NCBI RefSeq assembly: GCF_009834535.1
Contig: NC_045707.1
Span: forward strand, 48,176,001 to 48,240,000
DNA: 64,000 nucleotides
DNA from: Camelus ferus
Taxonomy: Eukaryota
Direction of reading: 5' to 3'
Numbering within the stretch: the stretch's first letter is position 1; each line of letters opens with the position of its first letter. The translations under genes were made by a program, and so were the position numbers. The notes beneath the pieces were generated by a model. The model searched no databases. It was given only the letters and a program-made list of their open reading frames with translations, and was not told the origin of the DNA. Below, piece after piece: positions 12,341-24,009 of this stretch.

Positions 12341-13574
12341 CAGAGGAGCCAGTGAAAATACAGACAGAACAATGCACCAGCTTTTGTTTACTGAGATTAT
12401 GTCTTACTGTTCTGCCTGAGAATTCTAAGTAGTTCAGAGAAGCTCTCTGAATCATCTGATGACACACAGTTCATAAGTATTCAGGGCATCCTGGATTTTT
12501 CAAAGGCATAATGGGTAAATATTCTTCATGTTTCAAATTATAGTGCAAACATTTGCATTCTGATATTAATATTTATTGAATTTTTTGAGGTTCAATGAAT
12601 AGTTCTCATGATAATTTCTAAATCTTCGGAAAAAGCTTGCATTCATAAATAACAAGTTGTGTTATTATCCACATCTGTTCTCATTATGTATAGGCTTAAA
12701 ATTTCTCTATTTATTGTGGGAGCCAAAAGAAATGGCTACTCACCAGTATCTCTATCGAATTCTGGCCCATTTTCTCACTTGATTCTTTATTTGCCAGTGA
12801 AGTGCTTATCCAAAATAAATAAGGGACCTACTAAACTGCAATGATTAGCATGCAGTGAGTCTCAGATCCCATTCACTTACGGAAACCAAGTAAAATCCAA
12901 CGCTTTAGTTATACTGTGGTGATGTCAGCAGCCCAATTAGGCTGCTATAACTGCAGGAGTTACTACTTTAATATCACATTAGCAGATCATTAACTTGAAC
13001 CATGCCAAAGCAGTATGAAAATGAGCAATTTTCATTTTTTAAAAGAGGCAGTATGAACTGTTCCTGCTGCTTAAATTTGTTTCATGTGTGTGTGCTGGGA
13101 TGGGGGTAGTAAGAGAGAGTGTGTGGAGTGGAGTTATATTTTAAATTAATAACAAGTTGCTCTTGCAAAGTGTGTGTATATTTAGAAATTAAATCTAAAG
13201 CATTTTTTAAATTAAAAATATGAGATGAATCCTTGTATATTAAATTTTTTTGGATACCCTTGTTAGCTGCCTGAACATATTTTCTGGATCAAGGTGGGTT
13301 AGAAATAAGCAAACATATCCTGCCCCTCCCCCCCCCAAAAAACCTTAAAAAAAAAAAAAGAAAGAAAGAAGCAAACAAATATGTGAAATACTTCTACTTT
13401 ACTATCTCCTAATTATATCTACTTCCTGAAGTCTTACTAAAAAATATTTTGAATGGATTAATAGAAAATGCTATTAATATCTACTAACTATGTGGCCAAA
13501 TTCTCTTTTTAAAATTTGGCACACATATTCTATTTTATTTTTATTATAATTTCAAATTGTAAAATACTTTACAA

Positions 13575-13915
13575 TTTCTAAAGCACTTGAACACATATTT
13601 GTATTATTTCATCTTCCCATAACCTTGTAATATGATCAGAGCAAACATCTATATCTTCTTTCCATAAATGAGGAAATTGGGTTTTGACACTTAAATGATT
13701 TCCTAGGTCACACAAATCCACTTCCATTGTTTGCTCCCTGCGTGACCTTGGAAAAATTACTACTCTGTACTTCAGTTTTGACATCTGTAAAATGGGAATA
13801 ACAAGCAGATATGTCTTGCAAGATTGTTGTGAGGAATAAATGAGACAATCCATCAAAAAGCTGAGTACAGTGCCTGGAACACAATAAACATCTATAAATA
13901 TTAACTGTTGCTATT
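13575..13915. mobile_element. Two adjacent MIR fragments in opposite orientation (- at about 13575-13715, + at about 13735-13915)
   Basis: aaatgaggaaattgg...tcctaggtcacac followed by gtgaccttgg...catctgtaaaatgggaataa...gttgtgaggaataaatgag...cagtgcctggaacac. Confidence 0.75.
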
Positions 13916-14089
13916 TATAATTGCTTTTGAAAAAATGCTAAAGATAATGACATTACAGAAAAGTATTGAAACTGCTCTAATACTGTTGTCGTGGACACTT
14001 GTATAAAGTTAAGCATCAGCATGTTTTCTTTAGACTAGATTGATTTGCTTACAGTTGCTTCTGCTCCCTTTACTCCTGGGGTTCATTCT

Positions 14090-14950
14090 TTCTTGCCGAC
14101 GTGTATCCATCAGTAGTTCTTTCATGAGGGTCTGTGAAGAGTAAAGTTGTTTATATTTTGTACATCTGAGAAAATCGCTTTTTTTTTCAAAAGAGAAAAA
14201 TCACTATTTTTTTTGAAAGAAAAAAATTACTGTTTTTTTCCAAAAGAGAAAAATCATTATTTTTGCCTTCATTCCTAAATGATGGTTTCGCTGCAGGGAG
14301 ACTGGTTGTTGCCCGGGAGGAAGCAGGCGTCCACCTGATTGTCATTCCTCACTTGGCCATCTGTCTGTTCTCTCTGGTAGCTTTTAGGATCAGATGAAGG
14401 ATCCTCTATATCCTTGCTGCTCGACTCTTTTCACTGTTGTGCACTGACGTAGGGACTTTATTATGTTTGATGTCAGGCAACCACTTTGAATTGGATGCTC
14501 CTGTATATGTTGAAGTTAGTATCATTCAGAATATTCTTTTCCACCATTTCCTCTACTATCTTCTTCTGGAGGTCCTGTTAAGTATATGTTAGAACTTCTC
14601 ATTCTGTACTTCCTGTCTCCTAACTCCTCAACAATATTTTCCCACCACTTAAAATTTTTCGGTTAAATATTTCACTTGCATCTTGGGTGATTTTCTCAGA
14701 CCTATTTTTCATGTAAAGATAGCTGAGCCTAGTCTGATTTTTATTTCTAGAATTTCTATTTGGCTCTTTAAAGTCTGCCTATCTTTTTTTATGATCATTT
14801 ACTCTTATTTACCTTGTTTTCTATTCCTTTCTTTATCTCCTTGAATAATAAAACATACTCATTTTAAGACTACATTCTGTTTGCTCTGTTCTGGAGTTCC
14901 TGGGGTGTAATTTCTCCTGTTGTTTCTCCTTCTGATTTTCTGCGATTTGG
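14090..14950 (-). mobile_element. Decayed L1 ORF1-region fragment
   Basis: T-rich strand with old L1 antisense motifs (tcttctggaggtcctgttaagtatatgttagaacttctcattct; atttctagaatttctatttggctcttt). Confidence 0.6.
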
Positions 14951-16429
14951 TTTCCCTTTGGCACAGTAGGTTAGTGACTGTGTGCACATTTTGGCCTGAA
15001 AATGCTACATGGGCATCCCATGTGCGTCTAAGTGATGTAGAGTTTTGGTAGGGGCAATGTCATAAGTGCCTTTCTGGAGCCCTGGAGAAGATAAAAGTCT
15101 TACACTGGGGTTTGCTCAAGTTCTGGGCTTGGAATTTCCATATTCTTTGGGTCACATAGGAGTCCAGGTCCCACAGGCAGTGCAGGCTCAAGGCTGCAAT
15201 CTGGCAGCACACTCTGTTTTTATCCATGGCCTTGATTGGACCTGTGTCCTGCTTGCTGTGATGTGCTGAATCAATGCGGCCACGGCCCCTCACACAAAAT
15301 AGGCACCAAATAAATGCTAGTGGAATGAAGGTTTGCAGAACCAGGCTTCATAAACACCATTTGTACAGGCCAGAAACTCCTCAGAACTTACTGGCTTTAT
15401 TTGTTTCTTATGATTATTTACATTCCATGTGTCCTTAAAGAATTGTGTTTGTTTATATGAAAGCTGCTTTATAGTGAGTTTCATACTTTGTTAAAATATT
15501 TTTAAATTAAAAAAATAATTTGAAGCTGAACAGATACTCTAGAAATTTACATCTGAAGACCCCTTCATCAGCTCTTCTTACCCATCCCCACCCCTTCAGT
15601 AACAATTTGCAAGTTTCCAGAACCAGGATGTTTGCTATTTTTAAACTCTTTGGCTATACAGTTCAAATATGTAATACCATTTTATACCAAATTACTAAAC
15701 ATCAGGCCTGATCTTAAGTTAGAAAATAAATAGCGTGGAAAATAGTCTGAATATCTTGACTATTTTTTAATAGTGGTTTGCTGAGACTTATGAAGGAATA
15801 GCATGAAGTAGGATTTCCAAAGGAGCTGCCACACAGAAACTTACTTTCCCGGAGGGCAACATTAGTAACATTTCAACATGATTATGGCTGCTGGTACAGG
15901 GTACAGGTGAAAAGCAGCTGAAAAGAGAAAGGCCAGTATAGAGAATTTAATTAGTCTACTGATGCAGCTGTCCCAGTGCTCTCTTTAGGCTTGTAGCATT
16001 GGCATTCTGATAGAAAAGCACACTAAACAAATAAGCAACTAGTTTGAGTGCCACTCTTGGCAGTATGAAAACACAACAGCCCTTGTCCTTAAAGAGTATA
16101 ACAACATTTTCATTAGCTGTTTTATTATTAAACACATGGAATGAGTGATGTGCCATTAATTATTTCTTTTCATCGGGTTCTGGTAGATATAGGCCATCGA
16201 CCCTACACCAACCAGGGAAGGGGTAGAGAGAATAGATGGAACTTGTCAATGTGAGAACTAAGTTCCTGTCTCTGTTTCACTGGTTAGAAGCTATAAGAGC
16301 ATGGGTGTTAAAGTTCTTTATTCCTTTGCTGCCTCCCCTGAAAAATGAGGATAGTAAGGCCTCCCTTACAAAGTTACAGTATGGATTTAAATAAGATAAG
16401 ACATGCTGAGATGCTTCACAAGCTCTAAA

Positions 16430-16515
16430 GCAGCGGATCTCAAAGTGAGGTCCTGGACCAGCAGCATGGGCATCACCTGGGGACTTACTAGAAATGCAAA
16501 TTCTTGAGCTACTCC
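16430..16515. mobile_element. MER5A (hAT-Charlie) fragment following a MIR (about 16220-16430)
   Basis: cagcggatctcaaagtgaggtcctggaccagcagcatgggcatcacctggggacttactagaaatgcaaattct. Confidence 0.8.
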
Positions 16516-17699
16516 AATTCCTGATTCTGGTTCCTTCTGGAAGCCCTACCTCTTAGGACACCCTTATATCACTGTAATAAATTCTCTCTTTTTCTCTTAA
16601 GCTGGGCTCAGCAGGTTTTCTGTTGGCTGCAATTAACCATCTCCTTGAGTGATGAAAACATCTGCAGGCAAGTCAGCCCCTCTCCCATAAAATCGTACCC
16701 ATGACCACTCTCTCTGGCTGCCCGGGAGCCCTTAAAGTCTAATCAACTTCATTTCCTTATCCCTTCCTCTGTAGTAAACTTGGTTGTTGGGATGCTGGGT
16801 TAGATGTGCACTTACTTTTTCACTGCTCTCTCCATCTCTACACATCTGCACATACCTCCCTGCACCCCCACCCCCACCCATGCCCCCCACCCACTGCCAC
16901 TCTGCCTTCATGCAGGATGAGCAGAGCTTGTCAATAGCTTTTTTGTTGTTGTTTACATTTTGTAAAGTTCCATATCCTGACAAGCTTCCAGTCATCCTCC
17001 TCAAACATCATTACTACAGGTAAGAATTCATTGCTGTGAAACAGATTACCTATTTAGTGGCTCTCGCAGTTAAACCAAAAGTAAAATTCAATCCCAAATC
17101 CCTACAGCCTAAACCTTAACATTCCAGCTTTATCTGCTTTCCTGTTCCATTGGATACCAAGACCGATACGCCCCATATCTCATCCCATAACCTCTCAAGG
17201 ATGAATGAATGATGTTTAAAAACAGAATGATGGAAATTTAGAGTTGGAAGGTTTTCCCATTGCAGGAGTCCCTGCTACAACTTTCTTGCTTTTTGCTCTA
17301 ACCTCATACACTTTCAGTGATGGAGGGTTGTGTGGCTTTAATAATGAGTGCTTCCTTCTCTTCCACTTTGTCATATCCAACTCTGCCCCATGGAGCACTT
17401 TAGAGCATACATACTCCCTGTGCTCTACAATAGCTTCATCTCCAAATTTTCCTTTTTTAGGGTAAACAATATTGATCTACTTTAACTGTTTTTAAGAATT
17501 TTTTGGTTTATTTTTTATTGACGCAACATTGGTTTATAATGTTATATAAATCTAATGTGTACAGCATTTTATTTCTATTCCTCTACACCCTACACTGACC
17601 ACCAGAAATTCCCTCAGTGAAAGAGGACCTTCTCCAAGACACATTATATTAAAATTGTCAAAAGTCCTTTAAGTGTTTTTGTTGCATAGGTTATAGTCA

Positions 17700-17990
17700 T
17701 TAATATTCTTCTTCTGACCATGACCTTACTTCACAATGCCTTTCTTTAAAGTGGCCCTTGAAAATTGAACATAATAGTTGGAATGTGACTGCATGTCCAT
17801 CTCTATGGAAGTATCTTAGGGCCATAGTTATTTTTCTACCACTTTTGTCATTTTGCTGGCTCCTAAGATCTTTTTCACACTATACTGTCAAGTCTGGACT
17901 GCTGAATCCTGCAGTAGGAGTTTAAAACTAGACAAGAACTGTAGGACTTATGTAACTACCATTATAGCAACAGCATGCCACTGAGAAAAG
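17700..17990 (-). mobile_element. L3/CR1 fragment
   Basis: ctttaaagtggcccttgaaaattgaacataatagttggaatgtg resembles the antisense of the CR1 'HLEYCVQFWAPHFKK' segment. Confidence 0.45.
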
Positions 17991-17999
17991 TGATCCCCT

Positions 18000-19230
18000 T
18001 ACACTTTCCATATGCCCTTACCCATCGACTTGGCCACAACTGAATCCTCATTTCCTCCCCGAGTTTTACAGGCTAAGATGACCCTCTTCTTAAATCAGAA
18101 CTCACCTCTCCGCCTATGTAATTTATCCTTTCTTTCTCCCTGGGACCTTGTCTTCATTCTTCTGTCTTTTTTCCTTCTTTTCTCTTTTACTGGCTCTGCC
18201 ATGTCTACTTCCAAACTGCTTCAAACCTCTTCTACTACAAATGAAACAATCCTGTAGCTCCTACCTTACCTCTTTCCTTTCTTTCATTTTCAAGCTTCTT
18301 AAAGAAAGTACGTGGTACACTTATTCATCTCTTTTATTTTTTAAAATATACTTTAACTTATCTTTCATCTCAACCATTCTACTGGAATTGTTCCTATTAA
18401 GTCTAACAATTGATTTGACTGTGAAATTCAAAGGCCATTTTAAAGTCCTGATTTTAATCTGTGATATTGGATACTGTAAATCACTTTTCCTTATTGAAAT
18501 TCTATTTCCATGGCTTTTATGACCCAGGACCCTTGTGGTTTTCCCTATATCTCTGTATCTTTTCCTGTTTCTTTATGAATTTCTGTTTGTCTTTGTGGCT
18601 TTTAACAACTGGAGTGCCCACAGTTAACACTGGACCAAGGAAAATCTTGGGCTCCTCAACCCGGGTCTAGGCCTCCAGTCCTCTCCCTGTCCTCTTTTCC
18701 TCCTTCCTTGCCCATCACAGTCATCCTCCAGTTACTTTCTGAGCTATGCGCGTGAAATGCAAGTCTGCAGGTGCCGCTTCCTGGTTAAGTCTCTGCTTTA
18801 GCTCACGGGCCTACGTGGTGAGGTCCTCCTCTTTTAGGTGACAGTGTCTCCATGGCTCACTCCGCTTCTCTGGCATCATCTCTCATCATGCCTGCTCTGC
18901 ACTTTAGTGGCTAAAATACTCTGCATGAACCATACTAGTTTTCACTTGTGTGTCTCTCAGATTGTGTTCTCTGGCTGGAACAAAATCCTCCTTAGCTTGA
19001 GAACAGATTTCACTGGGACACCTGCCTGTATCCCGTCACTCTCCACTGAATGAGTTAGACGTTACTTCGCTGTACTTGTATGAAATATGCCTAACACTGC
19101 ACTTTTCTTTTCTAAGAGTCTCTCTCCTCAATTAGACTGAGTATTGTGAGGAGCTGGGATAAAGTGTTTTTCGTTTTTTTTGTATCTGTACCTCCTTAAC
19201 AAAGGACCTGGATCAATGATTAACCACTCT
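18000..19230 (+). mobile_element. L2 LINE fragments (RT region and 3' end)
   Basis: Frameshifted translation ...KFKGHFKVLIL / LDTVNHF...GFYD resembles L2 RT 'GHFSVLILLDLSAAFDTVDH...LGF'. Confidence 0.75.
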
Positions 19231-19299
19231 GTGGAAAATTTGCTATTTACATCATTCTACATTTTTATAAATATCATTCTACATTTATCTTTTATTATA

Positions 19300-19480
19300 G
19301 CTAGTTTGTCTTAGTCCAACATTCCAGGCTGTCCTGCTCTTTTTAATTCTCCAGTTGACCATCAGTGCTATTCTTTATCTTGCCATGCTTTGTGGTACTG
19401 GCAGATTAGCTATGCCGGCTTAGTCTCTGTCCAAATCATTAACAGCAAATGCTGAATGGGGTGAATCCTGTGCTAGAATT
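19300..19480 (-). mobile_element. L3/CR1 reverse-transcriptase remnant
   Basis: Minus strand gives 'AVNDLD' then 'RIKKS / DSLECWTKTN' in broken frames, colinear with CR1 RT 'FINDLD...RIQKDLDRLE.WA.TN'. Confidence 0.6.
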
Positions 19481-19949
19481 CTAGAGATGGTGAGTGGTAT
19501 CCTAGCACCTAATGTCTCATTATTCTTTTTTTTTTTTTTTTCAAAAATTGCCAAAATAAACTCATCTTGGCCAAATAGCTTAATTTCAGATGGAACTCGA
19601 TGCATCTTATTTCACCTACTGTCTTATATCTCCTCCTTCACAAATGTCTTGCCTAACCTCTTCACCACAAGAGAGTGAAGAATAAATCTGTAATGAAACC
19701 TTATGTTACCACATAAGTCTCATTCTTCTACCACTGAAAGCCCAGCAAAGAATTAAATGGGTTAAATACATTTTATTTGTTAATGAGGAATAAAAATACA
19801 AGAATATTGCCACCTTCCAAGACTTTCCATATTTCTCCAGTAACACGGGTACCAGACTTTGAGAATCGTTGCTGAGTATTGCCTCTCTCTGAGTCATCTT
19901 AATCATGGACAATAGTGAGAAATGTCACAGACGGGATAGCCATAGAGGT

Positions 19950-21090
19950 TGTTTGTTGAACATCACCATACTAGGTATTATGAAAAATACCAAGATGAGG
20001 GGAGCATGGTTCCTCAAGGCACTTACCACACCCATGGGGAAGCAGACGTAAGTAATTGCTTATGACAGAAAGCAGAAGTGAAAATGGTATTCTGTGTAAG
20101 TAGAGAAGTAAGGAATTCAGGGTGTGGGTAGAGTACAGGACAGGGAATCTGGGAAGCTGCTTGGCAGGAAGGGGACTGTCACTCCAGCTCTGAAAGAGGC
20201 CCGACTATCTGTAGGAGGTAACTGGGGAGTGGATCGGTCACGCTGAAGGAGGGGTTGTACAAAGTCACAACAGTGTAAATGTATCTGATCTGTATCTACC
20301 CAGTCAGTGGAGCAAGAACCATTCGGGATTGTCTCTGGCTCCTCCCCTCCATCTCCCCATGACATCTGTCACCAAATCCTATTGGTAACACTTTTACAGT
20401 CTCCCGAATCACCTACTGTCCTCTGTTCTCATTGCCACGTCCTCAGGGCAAGCCCCCTTGAGCTCGTTTGCTCTTTCCCACACAATCACAACTGACTTCT
20501 CACTGGTTTGCCTGCTTCTGGTCTCTCTCCATTCTAATTGCTGATACTCTGCTGCTAGATCCATCTTTGCCAAACCCCAGACTGATTGTGCGATTTCTCT
20601 GCTACAGCATTGATTATAGAATAGGGTTTACATTCCTCTGTCTGTTCTTCAGGCCCTTCAATGTGTCATCTCAGCCCTCTTTCTACCCTAATGTCTGGCC
20701 TTATGCTCTCTGAGTCACCATGCATCTTACCTGTAATAAACAATTTTGCTCCCTAAATATGCCTTACTTTTCTCCTGACTCTCCATCTTTGTTGAAATTA
20801 CCAATCCCAGTCTTCAAGGTTTCCCACCCTTCTCTCTGCTTAATTGATCCTCTGAGGCCAAATTCAATGTTACTTCCTTCTGGGAAGCTTTTCTCAACCC
20901 CTACCCCAGTCAAAATTAATCACTCTTTCGACATTGCATTTGCCACGTACACCGTACTTTGTATCATAATGATTTACATTCATTCCCATTCTTCCACGGA
21001 ACTGTAACCTCCTTGGAAGAAAAGGTCATGTTTTGGTTACTCTCGGCCTAGCACAGTGCCCTTTCCATATCTGGCCCTCATTACTAATGT
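19950..21090. mobile_element. L2 fragments (purine-rich - piece to about 20300, pyrimidine-rich + piece beyond)
   Basis: L2 3'-region motifs such as atctgtcaccaaatcctatt, tacttccttctgggaagcttttct and ggcctagcacagtgcc. Confidence 0.6.
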
Positions 21091-22143
21091 ATAAAATATT
21101 CTCTTTTACTTATAAGTTACACTGTTTTCCAGAATCAAACCTCAGTAAATTTTAAACTATCCTTGTCATGACATGACAGTCTGACATGTGCTGAAAGTCA
21201 CTGAACATGGCTAATTATATGATGTGTTATAAAAATTAGATCCTGGCATGCCCAAGCTAGTTTATCATTTGGGAGATTCATAACCTTGACTTACTTGGAG
21301 ACATGAGATTGTTTCTTTTTTCTTTTTGCTACACCTATTTTGGAAGTGTTTTCCTTTATAACTTGAAGGAAGCATGTCATACTTAGAATAAATTATCTGA
21401 CTCAGGCAAAAATACAAGATTAGGCTGAAGATATTTTCAGCATTCAGAAATAGGACACACTGAGGTCTTGGGAAGTATAACATTAAATTGGGGTGGAGAT
21501 ATATTCAGTAGACTTAAAAATAATGTCTTATGATTGAGTGCATATCTAGTATCTGGCGCTATGAAGTATTTAGACTGAATTAAGATTTTCATTATAGTTT
21601 AACTGAAATAATGAACTAAAAGTTGAATTAGGGATAGGTGAGTAAATCATCATGGCCCTAGTTTTGGCCCAATTCCTTCAGCTCCTAGGAGATTTCTCCC
21701 TTTGTCATTAAGAGAAAATAATAATTGAACATTATATATATAGACAGTGAGACTAATAATGAAATAATTATCTATTTCAGTCATGTGACTTCATGCTCTG
21801 AATGATTTTTTAAAAGCAACCTTTGTTGTAATTCATGATGTAAAATGTATAAAATATTTAAATAAGCTTTGAAACTGACAACAGATCCAGGTTTGTGCTT
21901 TAAAATCATATGAATTTTAATAGAAGAATATTCTAAACCCCTTTCCATATTTATGTTACTAAGAAATACTTAAGAGAATTTTGTACACTTCCAAACCTCC
22001 TCCCTCACCCAGCTGTCCAAAAATCACTAGTCAGATACCACAGCAGACATTAAACAATGTAGAAGATATATCTATTTCCAATGAAGGAATATATATATGT
22101 ATTCAGAGCACATATCTTCAATCATTGAAAGTTACTTTCAGTA

Positions 22144-22262
22144 GGGGGATGGTATAGCTTAGTGGTAGAGTTCATGCCTAGCATGCATGAGGTCCTGGGT
22201 CCAATCCCCAGTACCTCTATTAAAAAGAAAGAAACAAAGAAACTATTCTCTCCTCTCCAAAA
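22144..22262 (+). mobile_element. Camelid tRNA-derived SINE (Vic-1 type)
   Basis: ggggg-atggtatagcttagtggtagag (A box)...gaggtcctgggtccaatcccc (B box), A-rich tail; TSD aaagttacttt at 22128-22138 and 22263-22273. Confidence 0.85.
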
Positions 22263-23706
22263 AAAGTTACTTTGAACAAATAAATACCTAAAGGTACAGG
22301 AGATTATCTACAGAGATATTCTACTCAAAAGTCACAATCACTTTGGTTTCAGAAAAATAATGTGATTTTTTTCATTAGCAACAACACAGAGCAGCATTTC
22401 CTTTTTATAATAAAACTATAAATTGTGGAGTATCTCAGCTAATACGATCAGCCTATCTTTATATGTAAAAAAGGAATTACATTGTAATCCATTAGTTAGG
22501 GTGTTCTTTATAAAGTGATGCTCTTGGAAATGTATTCTATCCTAATTTTTAAAATTTTCTCTTGTTTACGTAAGTGTAATAAAATTTTTCTTCATTATTT
22601 CCTGGGAAGAACAAACATACATTAAAAACCTTACATTAAAAATATCAAGAGTAAAGAGTTTTTTGGGGAGAAATGCTCAATTTTTTGATTCCTGAAGTAA
22701 TAGCTATGTAAATTAGACTAATTTTTATAGAAAGAATATACGTTAATGTATAGCACGGAAAGTAAAGAAATGGTAAGGTAAATTTTGCTTTAAAAGTTAA
22801 GTTACATTGTGTATAAATGAGAAGCCAGGAGACATTATATCTAGAAATATTGTTAAGTGAGGACTAGTTAAAGGAAATGGGAATTTTGTCTTGACAAAGG
22901 AAGGAGTAGAGAGATACAACTTTTGCATATAAAATCTTACATTTAAAATCTTCCCTGGAAAAGGACAAATAGAGCTGTTGAGGATTACACAGACTGGCTC
23001 TTGTATGTTGCAGTCACTCAGCCTGCTTTGTCCTGCTAACACTGGGATGTGCTACAAATCAGGGACACACTGAGTCCAGAGGAGGACGATGGAGTTACCA
23101 AGCAGGTGATCAAGGGCTGTGAAATCACATCAAAAGTATTAATGATGGTCTTGTCCTCAATTCCAGTGTTTCTACAGAATCTTATTACAAGCAGCGATGG
23201 CAACAATAATAACAGGATTGTAATCCCTTCATTCTTTTAAGTACTTCATTGACCATATGTATTTTAAAACAAATGTACTATGGCAATAAAGCAGCAGCCA
23301 TTCTTAGGTTGTTTTTACTTAGCCATTTAAAAATATCCCACCTACAAACACAAATATACTTTTACATGGAAAGAAAGACAACTCTAAGATACTGATATAA
23401 CCAGAATGATTCAATCTTTGAAACAAAGGTACTATTTCAGAGAATAAATGGGGCTCAGCTGAGACAGGTATAAATTGCGTCTCACAAATAACTAGAGATT
23501 TTAATGGGTCTCATTTTATTGTTCAACTGAAATTAAAAATCTAACTAGTTCTTTTAAATCTCTTACTGATTATTTTCTCCCTGTTTCGTTTTGCCTATTA
23601 GAACAGCTCTTTTGCCATGAGATATTCCCTTTCAAGTTAGGGTGACACATGAAAGTGAATGCATTCTTGATCAAATTTTGTTTGATGATGCAAGAAGTAC
23701 CAAAGC

Positions 23707-23780
<74 letters not shown>

Positions 23781-23805
23781 TACATATATACATATATATA
23801 CATAT
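23707..23805. repeat. Compound (TG)n(TA)n microsatellite with a degenerate TACATA tail
   Basis: Directly visible. Confidence 0.95.
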
Positions 23806-24009
23806 GAACCTAGAAGTTACATATGTATAAAAATGTCTTTCAGAGCAAACTATTCAATAGTAGCCATGTATAAAATTATTCACAATATTAATCTCATAGA
23901 TATTTGCTGTAAGTAGACATCTATAGGAAATCATTTAAGGTATATAAATTATATTTTAATAAAAGCAATATATTAAGTAAAGTGATGAGATACAAAAAGA
24001 AGGAGGAAA

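Noticed and set aside
21295..21400. Minus-strand donor CAA|gtaagt with open frames upstream
   Set aside because: No convincing acceptor; peptide not recognised.
22144..22215. tRNA-like sequence (also 43894-43965)
   Set aside because: A-rich tail, TSDs and a degenerate cloverleaf indicate a SINE rather than a tRNA gene.
23049..23240. Protein-looking ORF, open on both strands
   Set aside because: No recognisable homology and no convincing splice sites.
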